A DNA stretch of 44,788 nt from a bacterium (lineage in GTDB: Bacteria > Patescibacteriota > Patescibacteriia > UBA9934). The notes under the pieces are model-generated. The model did no database searches. It was given only the letters and a program-made list of their open reading frames with translations, and had not been told where the DNA came from. The stretch lies in NCBI GenBank assembly GCA_020053275.1, contig JAGVNL010000012.1:1-44788 (forward strand), read 5' to 3'. The translations under genes and the position numbers were made by a program. The number at the start of each line of letters is the position of its first letter. The stretch's first letter is position 1. Of this stretch, positions 8,890-18,052 are shown in pieces.

Positions 8890-9324
8890 ATGTTTGGTAA
8901 GAAGTTTGGTGGAAGTAAAGGGGGATATAAGCCAGGTGGCAAGAGCGGATACGCCAAGCGCGAAGGTGGATTCGGTACCAGTCGTGGTGAAAACAAGGGG
9001 CCAGTAACTATGCACCCAGCCACCTGCACCAAGTGCGGTGAGCGTTGTGAGGTACCATTCAAGCCAAACGGCAAAAAGCCAATCTTCTGCAGCAACTGTT
9101 TTGTGCGCGACGACGGCGAGCAGTCTGAACCTGGTGCATTTGGCAATAAGCGCCGCGAGCCAGGAGCCTTCGGTAATGAACGACGCGACCGTGGTGGTTT
9201 CGGCGAACGACCAAGCTTCAACAAGCGGGACGACTCGTCAGCTCAGCTCAAGCAAATCAACGCTAAGCTTGACCTCATCCTGAAGGCCATTTCCGGAGCA
9301 GCTATCGAGGACGACGAAATTTAG
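8890..9324 (+). CDS. CxxC-x17-CxxC domain protein
   Basis: MHPATCTKCGERCEVPFKPNGKKPIFCSNCF; Gly/Arg-rich flanks; C-terminal LKQINAKLDLIL coil. Confidence 0.9.
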   Translation: MFGKKFGGSKGGYKPGGKSGYAKREGGFGTSRGENKGPVTMHPATCTKCGERCEVPFKPNGKKPIFCSNCFVRDDGEQSEPGAFGNKRREPGAFGNERRDRGGFGERPSFNKRDDSSAQLKQINAKLDLILKAISGAAIEDDEI

Positions 9325-9347
9325 ACAACTTTAAGCTAAAAAGGAAC

Positions 9348-9379
9348 GACCACCCAGCAGGAGCGCTGGGTGGTCTTTT
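9348..9379. terminator. Intrinsic terminator between convergent genes
   Basis: GACCACCCAGC-6nt-GCTGGGTGGTC followed by TTTT. Confidence 0.75.
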
Positions 9380-9679
9380 CTACGGTTTTTTCAGCCAGCC
9401 GTAGCGTCTGGCGAGTTCGGCGGAGCAAGCGAGTGGCAGAGGCGAGGTAACAAACCCAACAATAACATCGAGTACATTATCCACCGCCCATGGCCCGAGA
9501 ATCGGGATGAAGCTGAAGAACGCCGCGAAGGTGTTCTCGGCCACATTGGCGCCGACGAACCCGATCAATCCGAGCCACAGCCAACCTTCGTGACAGCCGC
9601 CGACCAGCTCGGTCAGCCGAGTACGCCAGTACGGTACCAGCTCGTCACGAAAACGCTGCTTAAAAGTCATTTTATTCAT
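9380..9679 (-). CDS. Orphan membrane protein (99 aa)
   Basis: Hydrophobic ORF with GGGAGG SD before the ATG and a TGGACA-17-TATGTT promoter upstream (approx. 9738-9766). Confidence 0.65.
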   Translation of the reverse strand: MNKMTFKQRFRDELVPYWRTRLTELVGGCHEGWLWLGLIGFVGANVAENTFAAFFSFIPILGPWAVDNVLDVIVGFVTSPLPLACSAELARRYGWLKKP

Positions 9680-9769
9680 GGAATCCTCCCGCTAAAGCTC
9701 GAAAATAAAGCCCTAAAGGGAAGATCCATGACGCTAAAACATACCACAAAATCGAACATTTGTCCATGT

Positions 9770-9830
9770 TTAAACTACAAACTACTAACTACCCGGCGGA
9801 GCCGGGCAGGCCCAACTACTAACTGCAACT
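9770..9830. repeat. Heptamer tandem repeat (ACnAACT) interrupted by a GC hairpin
   Basis: ttaaact acaaact actaact ac[ccggcggagccgggcaggc]ccaact actaact gcaact. Confidence 0.7.
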
Positions 9831-9849
9831 GTGCTACAATACCTCCACT

Positions 9850-11577
9850 ATGTTGCAAACCGACGCCCTAGCCATCCTAAAGACCGGCCGAAATGTATTT
9901 TTAACTGGCCAACCGGGCGCCGGCAAGAGCCACACGGTGAACCGTTATGTGGCGTATTTGCGTAGCTGTGGCGTCGAACCAGCTATTACGGCCTCTACCG
10001 GCATTGCTGCCACTCACATCAACGGCCTCACTATTCATTCCTGGGCAGGCATCGGTATCAAAAAGTTTTTGTCGCGTAATGATTTGCAGGAAATGTGCGT
10101 GGTCAGCCGGCTAGTCAAGCGCATGAACGGAACCAGCGTCCTCATCATCGACGAAATCTCCATGCTGAGCGGCGCGACGCTCAACCTCGTCGACCAAGTC
10201 TGCCAGTCCTTGCGCCGAAGTCTGCAACCATTCGGTGGCCTCCAGGTAGTCTTCGTTGGCGACTTTTTCCAGCTACCTCCAGTCTCGCGAGCAGATGAAC
10301 CGATGCCGCAATTCGCCTTCATGAGCGACGCTTGGCAACACGCCGCCCCCACCGTTTGTTACCTAAGCGAGCAGCATCGTCAGGAGGACGCCACCTTCTT
10401 AAACATTTTGTCGGCTCTCCGTAACGGCAGCCTGGATGAAGATCATCTGCGTCATCTTCAGGCCAGGCAAATCAAGCGCGAGGAAACTACGGACATCACC
10501 ACACTCTTCCCACATAACGCCGATGTTGACCGCATCAACGCTACGCACCTCGCAAAATTACTCGGCAAAGAGCAGAGCTACACCATGGCCGGTCATGGCG
10601 CACCGCCGCTCATCGAGCAGCTTAAGCGCGGTTGCTTATCGCCAGATCGCCTTGTCCTAAAAGTTGGCGCTCGCGTCATGTTTACCAAAAACCATTTTGA
10701 CGAAGGCTTTGTGAACGGCACAACCGGTGTCGTTAAAGACTTCGCGCATGATTCAAAATACCCAATCGTTGAGCTGCGTTCTGGGCGCCGTATTCAGGTG
10801 ACGCCAGATACCTGGAGCATTGACGGCGACGGCCGGCCGCTCGCTAGTGTCATTCAATTGCCGCTTCGTTTAGCCTGGGCGATGACCGTTCACAAGAGTC
10901 AGGGGATGTCGCTCGACGCCGCCTTCGTCGACCTCGGCCAGGCCTTCGCTTACGGCCAGGGTTATGTTGCGCTCTCCCGTGTTCGCACTTTAGCTGGCTT
11001 GTTTCTTGGCGGCTTAAATGCCAGGGCTCTCGAAGTAGACGAGAATGTGTTGCAGGAAGACGCTAAGTTTTTAGAGTCTAGCAACGCCGCTCAAGCTGAA
11101 TTACTAGAAATCAACGCCGCAGATTTGCTGGCCAAGCACGAAGGCTTTGTGGCTAATTGTGGTGGCACAACCTCTGGCTTTAAGCTTTTTGGCGACAAGG
11201 CTCCACGCCTTAAAAAAGCCAAGAAGGTAAAAGAACCAAAATGGCAAAAAACCTTTGACTTAATTTTGAACCAAAAAACAATTGAGGAGATTTGCGAAAC
11301 TCTCAATCGCCAACCAAGCACCATCATGGACCACCTTGACGACTTGCTCGCCCTCAAAAAAATTGCCGCGAGCGATCTCGCTCATCTGCTGTTCATTCCA
11401 GGCGTCAACGAAATCCATGGCGCATTCGAGAGCGGCCTTAAGCCAGAATTCCTAAAGCCAATTTACGAACACTTTAATGGTTTTTATGGCTACGATCTTA
11501 TTCGTTTAGCTCGCTTACTTTATTCGACAACTAGCAGTGTAGGAGGAACCACCAGGCCCGCCAAAAGCAGTAGCTAG
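9850..11577 (+). CDS. Pif1-family 5'-3' DNA helicase with C-terminal helix-turn-helix
   Basis: NVFLTGQPGAGKS, ASTGIAA, LIIDEISM, GDFFQLPPV, QLPLRLAWAMTVHKSQGMS, YVALSR; C-terminal LKPIYEHF...YDLIRLAR domain. Confidence 0.92.
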   Translation: MLQTDALAILKTGRNVFLTGQPGAGKSHTVNRYVAYLRSCGVEPAITASTGIAATHINGLTIHSWAGIGIKKFLSRNDLQEMCVVSRLVKRMNGTSVLIIDEISMLSGATLNLVDQVCQSLRRSLQPFGGLQVVFVGDFFQLPPVSRADEPMPQFAFMSDAWQHAAPTVCYLSEQHRQEDATFLNILSALRNGSLDEDHLRHLQARQIKREETTDITTLFPHNADVDRINATHLAKLLGKEQSYTMAGHGAPPLIEQLKRGCLSPDRLVLKVGARVMFTKNHFDEGFVNGTTGVVKDFAHDSKYPIVELRSGRRIQVTPDTWSIDGDGRPLASVIQLPLRLAWAMTVHKSQGMSLDAAFVDLGQAFAYGQGYVALSRVRTLAGLFLGGLNARALEVDENVLQEDAKFLESSNAAQAELLEINAADLLAKHEGFVANCGGTTSGFKLFGDKAPRLKKAKKVKEPKWQKTFDLILNQKTIEEICETLNRQPSTIMDHLDDLLALKKIAASDLAHLLFIPGVNEIHGAFESGLKPEFLKPIYEHFNGFYGYDLIRLARLLYSTTSSVGGTTRPAKSSS

Positions 11578-12573
11578 ATTTTTTCCTAACGGCATAATTC
11601 GCGGAGGTTTTTGCGTCAAATCGAGCAGTGCAATTTTTGACATCATCATCTCTATGCCAGATGCCGTTTCGGTACCGCAACCAAGAGTGACAATCAAATG
11701 ATCTTCATCGCAGAAAGCACCATAGGCAATAGAGGTTGTTTTACAGATTGCGTAATCAGCATCAACCGCACTCACTGTAGCAGGCTTTGGATGCCGGATA
11801 GATCCACCTGTTTTACTAATGACACTATCAATAAACGAAGATCTTTGAATACCTTGAAACAACTCTACATTATTGCAGTAAGTCGCTGTACCATTAAAGC
11901 CCCAAAAACAATGAGCTGTACCGTCACTTGGCGTAACCTCAATAATCTTGTTTGTACTAGTTTGATAAATCTGCGCTTGCGCAGTGTTGCTACCTTTACC
12001 TTCACCAAAAAGTTGATAAAAAATTATGTCACCAAGCACTGATGCGTGTGGCTCATTATAATTACCCGGTGGAGTAATAGCCCGCGCATTGGTAAGCGTT
12101 GTTGGTGAAGAAAAATCGGCCATCCGGAGCGGCGAGTTAGCAACTAGCGGAGCAAAGACCGCGCTCTTACCATTTGGCAATGGCGCCAAACCGCGAGCTC
12201 CTGCCTGTAATGTTCCACTACTTCCATTATCAGTATTGATCCATTCGATATCGGCTTGTTTGCTGTTACTCCAAATATTTGCATAGACGAACTCATTGTC
12301 TGCAGAGAATACTGGAAATACTTCAGCGCCATCCTGGTCAGTTAATTGTCTTATTGAAGATACTGTTCCATCGAGTTCAATATCAGCTAGAAAGATATCG
12401 CAACCAGCATTGCTGTGCGTATCGCAGCCATCGTTATTACCAAAGTCCGCACCAAAAACAATCTGGGCGGATTTCGTTCTTGATGATGAAGTGGTATAGA
12501 TGATGACACCAATTGCGCAAACCACAAGACTGAACACGATCGCTACAAGCAGTAGACGGGAATTTTTCAACAT
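11515..12573 (-). CDS. Membrane-anchored TolB/PD40-like beta-propeller protein
   Basis: N-terminal TM; DIFLADIE...RQLTDQDGAEVFPVFSADN PD40-like blade; multiple Cys; TG-C-TATAAT promoter upstream. Confidence 0.6.
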   Translation of the reverse strand: MLKNSRLLLVAIVFSLVVCAIGVIIYTTSSSRTKSAQIVFGADFGNNDGCDTHSNAGCDIFLADIELDGTVSSIRQLTDQDGAEVFPVFSADNEFVYANIWSNSKQADIEWINTDNGSSGTLQAGARGLAPLPNGKSAVFAPLVANSPLRMADFSSPTTLTNARAITPPGNYNEPHASVLGDIIFYQLFGEGKGSNTAQAQIYQTSTNKIIEVTPSDGTAHCFWGFNGTATYCNNVELFQGIQRSSFIDSVISKTGGSIRHPKPATVSAVDADYAICKTTSIAYGAFCDEDHLIVTLGCGTETASGIEMMMSKIALLDLTQKPPRIMPLGKNLATAFGGPGGSSYTASCRIK

Positions 12574-12682
12574 ATAATAAGATTATCCATGGCATTATAG
12601 CACTCCACCATACCAACCTTGCCAAAAGCCGTATTTTATGGTTTACTACAGCCCTTTTACAGCAATCATCAATTCTAAAATT

Positions 12683-14161
12683 ATGGCCGAGAATGTTGTC
12701 GTCAGGTTTGAAAATGTGTCGTTTGGCTACGACAAAGATAATTTACTTCTGGACGAGGTCAATTTTGGTGTCCGTGAGAACAGCAAGATGACTGTCATGG
12801 GTCAAAACGGGGCAGGGAAGAGCACAATTTTCAAGCTCTTAACCGGAGTTCTTACGCCAGATAAAGGTCAAATCCATTTTGCCAAAAATGCTAAAATCGC
12901 CATCGCTACTCAGGTCGTGCCTCGTGAATGGTTGAATGACACCGTACAGGAGTTTTTCGCTCATGCCTTCACCGAGTTGCAATACGATCTCGATAAAAAA
13001 ATTACCGATGTCATGGAAATCGTAGACCTGCAGACACCGCTTCTAGACAAACACATAAAAGATTTCTCCGGCGGTCAGCAAGCTCGTTTACTTCTAGCCT
13101 ACGCTCTAATTCAAGACCCAGACATTTTGCTGCTCGACGAGCCAACCAATAACCTCGACACTGCAGGCATTGAGCACCTCACCGGTTTTCTCATGATGTA
13201 CATGAAAACAGTTTTGGTAATTTCTCACGACGCCGACTTCCTAAATGCTTTCACGGAAGGCGTGTTGCACCTAGATATTTTTAGTCATAAGGTGGATCGC
13301 TACGAAGGCAACTACTTTGATGTGGTGGAGGAAATCACTGCACGAGTAGAGCGCGACCGTATGAAAAACGCCCGACTCTTGAAAGAGATTCAGGATCGCA
13401 AGGACAAGATTAACTTCTTTGCGCAAAAGGGCGGAAAGATGCGTAAGCTGGCCAGCAAGTTGCGTGATCAGGTTGCCGATGCCGAAGAAAATATGGTGGA
13501 TGTAAAACGCGACGATCGCACCATTCGCGATTTCATCATTCCGACTCAAGACTTCGGTGAACCAATGGTGGAGATCTCCAGTGTCAAAATAATTAAAAAT
13601 CACGAGGCCGAACGCAAGGAGGTCAAGATTACGCTTCGTCGCCGGCATCGTTTGTTGATTAGTGGCCCGAACGGAATTGGTAAAAGCACGCTTCTTCGTC
13701 TCCTCGCCGACAACACTGACGAAGGTGTCACAATTACTAAGGGCGTTAATGTGGGCTACTATCGTCAGGATTTCTCCGGCCTCGACTTCGACCAGACGGC
13801 CTACGCCTCACTGGCCAGTGTGATGGAAAACGAAGGCGATGTGACCACCAATGGAGCAGCCAACGAAAAGCTCCGCGCCGTTGCTTCACAATTCCTGCTA
13901 ACAGGAGATCTTCTCGGTAACAAGGTTGGCTCGCTGTCCGAAGGTCAAAAAGGTTTGCTTTGCTTCGCCCGTTTCGTTTTGCAAAAACCAGGCCTCCTCA
14001 TTCTCGACGAGCCAACAAACCACATCAACTTCCGCCATCTGCCAATCATTGCCGCAGCTCTCGAGCAATTCGGTGGTGCCATGATAATGGTTAGTCATGT
14101 CCCAGATTTCGTAGCAAAAATCTCGTTCAACCAATTCCTTGATCTAGGAACACTCCAGTAA
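12683..14161 (+). CDS. ABC-F family ATPase (ribosome-associated)
   Basis: Two ABC domains (GQNGAGKS/FSGGQ/LLLDEPTNNLD; GPNGIGKS/LSEGQK/LILDEPTNH); no TM segments. Confidence 0.92.
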   Translation: MAENVVVRFENVSFGYDKDNLLLDEVNFGVRENSKMTVMGQNGAGKSTIFKLLTGVLTPDKGQIHFAKNAKIAIATQVVPREWLNDTVQEFFAHAFTELQYDLDKKITDVMEIVDLQTPLLDKHIKDFSGGQQARLLLAYALIQDPDILLLDEPTNNLDTAGIEHLTGFLMMYMKTVLVISHDADFLNAFTEGVLHLDIFSHKVDRYEGNYFDVVEEITARVERDRMKNARLLKEIQDRKDKINFFAQKGGKMRKLASKLRDQVADAEENMVDVKRDDRTIRDFIIPTQDFGEPMVEISSVKIIKNHEAERKEVKITLRRRHRLLISGPNGIGKSTLLRLLADNTDEGVTITKGVNVGYYRQDFSGLDFDQTAYASLASVMENEGDVTTNGAANEKLRAVASQFLLTGDLLGNKVGSLSEGQKGLLCFARFVLQKPGLLILDEPTNHINFRHLPIIAAALEQFGGAMIMVSHVPDFVAKISFNQFLDLGTLQ

Positions 14162-14647
14162 TTTATAAATAACCATTCCACCAGGCGTTTCAAACTGAAT
14201 TTTATCGCCGACGCTGTGGCCGATTAGTGCCACGCCGAGTGGGGAGAGGTGAGAAATGCGCCCCTTACCAGGGCTACTCTCCTGCGAACCAAGTATTTCC
14301 AACTTCATTGTTTTCCCACTAACCTCAACCGTCACTGTAGAACCGATGTGAACTTTTCCAGTGTCATCATCCTGATCAATCGGTACAGCAAATCGCAACT
14401 GTTCATCAAGAAAAGTGATGCGGTTATTCAAACGACGCAAGGCCGCCTTGGCCGCCTGGTACCCAGCGTTCTCGGAGAAGTCGCCTTCTTCAGCCGTGCG
14501 TTGCATTTCTAGTGCTAACGCTGGTCGTTCTTTAGTCAAACGCAAAATCTCTTGGCGCATCCGCTCCATGGTCCCTCGGGTGAGGTGGTGGTCATCCACC
14601 TTTTTACTCGCTGCCAAAACTTCTGATTGCCGTACTGGTACTCGCAT
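14144..14647 (-). CDS. greA: GreA/GreB family transcription elongation factor
   Basis: EEGDFSENAGYQAAK, ISHLSPLGVALIG. Confidence 0.88.
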   Translation of the reverse strand: MRVPVRQSEVLAASKKVDDHHLTRGTMERMRQEILRLTKERPALALEMQRTAEEGDFSENAGYQAAKAALRRLNNRITFLDEQLRFAVPIDQDDDTGKVHIGSTVTVEVSGKTMKLEILGSQESSPGKGRISHLSPLGVALIGHSVGDKIQFETPGGMVIYKLLECS

Positions 14648-14669
14648 ATAAACTTATTGTAACACAGTT

Positions 14670-15905
14670 TTATTTTACCGAGTTGCTGCCTGCCAAGCGG
14701 CCAGTTGCCCATGAGGCCTGCAAATTGAAACCGCCAGTAAAGCCGTCGACATCCAGAATCTCGCCAGCAAAAAATAAACCAGGTGTAATCAGCGACTCCA
14801 TCGTTACCGGATTCACCTCATGCAAGTTGACACCGCCTGCGGTTACGAACTCGTCACCAGTACCTCGTCCGACAATCGTCAACGGCACGGCCTTACACCA
14901 GTTGAGGAAGGCGACCATGTCCTTCTTGCCAACCTCGGCACTGAACCGCTTGCCGGGGAGACTGAGCTCGTTCACAGCAATATCTGCTAACGATTTAGGA
15001 ATGATGCTGCTAATTACATTTACGAACTCGCGGTTCGGGCTACCAACAATTTTTTTGTTGAGCAGTGCGCGAAGTTGTTCATGCGTTTGATCAGGGAACA
15101 AATCGATGGTGATAACGAGCGGTAGGTTGTGATCATACTTCTCAAACGCCACCATTGACGATAGTGCAAAAACAGCCGGACCACTGACGCCTTTGTGTGT
15201 AAAAAGAAACGGCCCTGTAAAACTTGGCTTGCCTGTACGGTTAGCAGTGACGGTAGCTTTCTTAAATGACAAACCAGAAATATCTGCCGGCCAGGTTTCC
15301 TTACTAAAAAATGCGTTGAGACTCGGTGCGAGGGGAGTAAACGAATGTCCAAGTTGAATCGCGAAAGCATAGCCGTCCCCAGTTGACCCAGTTTGACGAT
15401 AAGCCTGACCACCAGTAGTTAAGATGACTTTATCGACAATCAGTGGCTCAACCTCATCTCGCACAATAATTGAGAATTGTTCGCCAATCTTAGTGATCGA
15501 AGTAACATGAGTTTTTAATAAAACATTAACCATCGAGTCAACAAATATCTTTTCGAATGCGCCCACCACATCGTGCCCATCATTACTGACGGGGAAGCAG
15601 CGCATATCCTCCTGCGTTTTGAGCGGCACACCGTGTAGCTCAAACCACTTATAAACATCCGCTGGTGGGAATGAATGCATGGCCGTTGCTAAAAACTTAT
15701 GGCCTCGTGGATACTTTGTTAGCACCGTCTTCACATCGGTAATTCCCGTTGTCACATTGCATCGTCCACCGCCGGAAATAATCACTTTCTTTCCCAGCCC
15801 ATCGTTTCGTTCAATTAAAAAAATCTCAGCCTCAGGATTTTTCTCCAGAGCACTAGCTGTAGCCATCAGCCCAGCCGCACCTCCTCCAATAATTGCAATT
15901 TTCAT
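14670..15905 (-). CDS. HI0933/YhiN family FAD-dependent oxidoreductase
   Basis: IIGGGAAG, GKKVIISGGGRCNVT, TGSTGDGY, FTHKGVSGP, VTAGGV, GEILDVDGFTGGFNLQ. Confidence 0.93.
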   Translation of the reverse strand: MKIAIIGGGAAGLMATASALEKNPEAEIFLIERNDGLGKKVIISGGGRCNVTTGITDVKTVLTKYPRGHKFLATAMHSFPPADVYKWFELHGVPLKTQEDMRCFPVSNDGHDVVGAFEKIFVDSMVNVLLKTHVTSITKIGEQFSIIVRDEVEPLIVDKVILTTGGQAYRQTGSTGDGYAFAIQLGHSFTPLAPSLNAFFSKETWPADISGLSFKKATVTANRTGKPSFTGPFLFTHKGVSGPAVFALSSMVAFEKYDHNLPLVITIDLFPDQTHEQLRALLNKKIVGSPNREFVNVISSIIPKSLADIAVNELSLPGKRFSAEVGKKDMVAFLNWCKAVPLTIVGRGTGDEFVTAGGVNLHEVNPVTMESLITPGLFFAGEILDVDGFTGGFNLQASWATGRLAGSNSVK

Positions 15906-15943
15906 AAGAGAGGAAGATAGCATACAAAAAATATTTGGACAAA

Positions 15944-15970
15944 CAAAAATCCCCCGTTAAGGGGATTCTT
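15944..15970 (-). terminator. Intrinsic terminator of cold-shock gene
   Basis: AATCCCC-6nt-GGGGATT hairpin followed on the minus strand by TTTTG. Confidence 0.7.
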
Positions 15971-15980
15971 GGGGTTAAGC

Positions 15981-16178
15981 TTACGCGCGGGAAACGCCGA
16001 CAGCCTTAGGACCCTTGTCTGACTGGGCAACTTCGAAAGTTACCTTGTCACCTTCACGGAGTTCATCGAAGGCAACGCCTACGAGCTCAGTTGAGTGAAA
16101 GAAAAGGTCTGCGCTACCATCTTCTGGGGCGATGAAGCCAAAACCGCGGTCAGTCAAACGCTTGATTGTTCCTTGCAT
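15981..16178 (-). CDS. cspA: Cold-shock protein (CspA family), 65 aa
   Basis: MQGTIKRLTDRGFGFI...LFFHS...KGPKA; RNP1/RNP2 motifs. Confidence 0.93.
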   Translation of the reverse strand: MQGTIKRLTDRGFGFIAPEDGSADLFFHSTELVGVAFDELREGDKVTFEVAQSDKGPKAVGVSRA

Positions 16179-16253
16179 AGTGTGTGGGTTAATTATTTCT
16201 GCAAATCTAGGCTCGCAGAATTTCTTCACGCGGGGTCTATTTTGCTTGGCTAC

Positions 16254-16282
16254 AATATACCACATTTCCGTATATATGTCCA
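16254..16282 (-). promoter_or_regulatory. Sigma70 promoter of cspA
   Basis: TGGACA-17 nt-TATATT with TG extension, giving an approx. 70-nt 5' UTR. Confidence 0.55.
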
Positions 16283-16296
16283 GTTTTCACCAAAGT

Positions 16297-16322
16297 AAAA
16301 ACGAGCCGAGTGGCTCGTTTTT
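16297..16322. terminator. Intrinsic terminator of 40-aa basic ORF
   Basis: AAAAACGAGCC-GAGT-GGCTCGTTTTT perfect hairpin, right next to the TAG at 16324. Confidence 0.75.
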
Positions 16323-16323
16323 G

Positions 16324-16446
16324 CTATTTTGCTAGCTTTTTGAGGCGAATTGCCTTGCTCTTACGGCGCTTGGACTCGGCGGTCTTTCTGGCAGCTTTCC
16401 AGATAGTGCGTTCAGCCTTGCGGGCGATTTTATGGCGTGTAGGCAT
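16324..16446 (-). CDS. Unannotated 40-aa highly basic microprotein
   Basis: MPTRHKIARKAERTIWKAARKTAESKRRKSKAIRLKKLAK (17 K/R, 2 E); own promoter and terminator. Confidence 0.75.
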   Translation of the reverse strand: MPTRHKIARKAERTIWKAARKTAESKRRKSKAIRLKKLAK

Positions 16447-16468
16447 AGGGTTGAAAGTTTGTGGCGTT

Positions 16469-16497
16469 ATGATACTTTTAATCAGTAATAAAGTCAA
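16469..16497 (-). promoter_or_regulatory. Sigma70 promoter of 40-aa ORF
   Basis: TTGACT-17 nt-TATCAT. Confidence 0.7.
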
Positions 16498-16506
16498 ACA
16501 AATTAT

Positions 16507-17913
16507 ATGGATATCCGCATTGTCGTAGGAAAGCTGGAAGAACAGGCAGACGATGTGTTAATTCGTTTTAGCGAAGGCAAGGCCTCGGAAGTCCTTATTG
16601 AGCCGTCACCCGTCGGTTGCAGTGCCAAGTATTTACTCACCGTCGGTCTTGGTGAAGAGGCGGAGGTTGATCTCGAAGTCATCCGCGAAGCAACCGGCGT
16701 GGCGCTCTCATCAGCTCGTGGCCTCAAGATTTCTTCGTTGAGTCTTGCCCTGCCGAGCCTCGACGAATTCGCCATCGACGCCATCACTCAAGCCATGCAC
16801 GAAGCTATCTTGCTCGCCACCTACTCTTATAGTGAGTTCAAAAAACCGTCCGAAGCCAAGCTTAAACTCTCATCGATAAATATTATTGTTGAGCGCAAAC
16901 AATTAGCGCTGGCGCAAAAAGGTTTCAACCGTGCCGCCACACTCATCGGCGGAGTCACCCTGGCTCGTGACCTCGTCAACCAGCCACCAAATAATCTCCA
17001 TCCCCAGGCTCTCGTCGACGCAGCTCAAAAAATTGCCAAGTCCTCGCACGGCACCATTACACTCAAAGTTCTCGACGAGGCTGCTTGCGCTAAGCTCGGC
17101 ATGGGTTCATATCTAGCGGTCGGTGCCGGTTCCGAGTTTCCATCAAAGTTCATTCACCTCACCTACACGCCAAAAACCAAGTCGAAGAAATCGTTTGCTA
17201 TTGTCGGCAAGGGCATTACTTTTGACTCCGGCGGTTTATCACTCAAGCCAGCAGACGCTATGATGACCATGAAATGTGATATGGGAGGGGCGGCCGCCGT
17301 CCTCGGGCTATTCAGCGTCATTGCAACCCTCGCGCCAAAGGCTACCGTGCACGGCATCATCGCCGCTGCGGAGAACATGCCAAGCGGCAAGGCTATGCGC
17401 CCGGGTGACATCGTTACCGCCATGAACGGCAAGACTATCGAAATCCTCAACACCGACGCCGAAGGTCGCCTCACCCTAGCCGACGCTTTGTGCTACGCCG
17501 TCACCCTCGAGCCGACCGCCGTCGTCGACTTGGCAACGCTGACTGGTGCTTGCGTTGTTGCGCTCGGCGAAGAAATTGCCAGCCTCATGACGAATGATGA
17601 AAATCTTGCTGTCGAATTATTAGCCGCCGCGGATCGGGCTGGCGAAAAATTGTGGGAGATGCCGCTGCCACCTCGTTACAAACCGCTCATCGAAAGCGAG
17701 GTCGCCGACCTGCGCAACATCGCCACCAGTCGTTACGGTGGGTCACTTACCGCTGGCCTATTCCTGCAAGAATTCGTCGGCACCACCCCCTGGGCCCACC
17801 TCGATATCGCCGGCCCCGCTTTCGCCGAACGCCCCCTTGCTTCATACCTCGCCAAAGGCGGCACCGGTTACGCCGTCCGTACCTTGGCCGAGTGGCTCAC
17901 TAAACTTCGCTAA
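16507..17913 (+). CDS. pepA: Leucyl aminopeptidase (M17)
   Basis: VGKGITFDSGG, MKCDMGG, NTDAEGRLTLADAL, WAHLDIAG. Confidence 0.95.
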   Translation: MDIRIVVGKLEEQADDVLIRFSEGKASEVLIEPSPVGCSAKYLLTVGLGEEAEVDLEVIREATGVALSSARGLKISSLSLALPSLDEFAIDAITQAMHEAILLATYSYSEFKKPSEAKLKLSSINIIVERKQLALAQKGFNRAATLIGGVTLARDLVNQPPNNLHPQALVDAAQKIAKSSHGTITLKVLDEAACAKLGMGSYLAVGAGSEFPSKFIHLTYTPKTKSKKSFAIVGKGITFDSGGLSLKPADAMMTMKCDMGGAAAVLGLFSVIATLAPKATVHGIIAAAENMPSGKAMRPGDIVTAMNGKTIEILNTDAEGRLTLADALCYAVTLEPTAVVDLATLTGACVVALGEEIASLMTNDENLAVELLAAADRAGEKLWEMPLPPRYKPLIESEVADLRNIATSRYGGSLTAGLFLQEFVGTTPWAHLDIAGPAFAERPLASYLAKGGTGYAVRTLAEWLTKLR

Positions 17914-17918
17914 CCTAC

Positions 17919-17958
17919 AGTGGTCTACCTCGAAGGTATACGCTCGAGGTAGACCACT
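17919..17958. repeat. Palindromic element TCTAC(C)TCGA type
   Basis: 15-bp perfect arms AGTGGTCTACCTCGA / TCGAGGTAGACCACT with a 10-nt loop; related to 24270-24305. Confidence 0.7.
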
Positions 17959-18013
17959 TCCACAGAATAATAGGCGGGGTCTCCCCGCAGGGCGAGGACA
18001 GGCCTGCCCCCCG

Positions 18014-18052
18014 CCAGAAAAGAAAGACGCCCGGCCTGGAAGGACTCCAGGA
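18014..18052 (-). repeat. 3' element/terminator shared by the two paralogous orphans (copy 1)
   Basis: CCAGAAAAGAAAGACGCC is identical at 18014-18031 and 18919-18936, followed by GGA...ACTCCAGG; U-rich tail on the minus strand. Confidence 0.65.

Noticed and set aside
12683-14161. ABC-F as an antibiotic resistance (ARE) determinant
   Set aside because: Nothing visible separates it from housekeeping ABC-F proteins; needs subfamily HMMs.
16310-16528. 72-aa plus-strand ORF
   Set aside because: Antisense shadow of the 40-aa basic ORF; it starts inside a terminator, while promoter and terminator support the minus strand.
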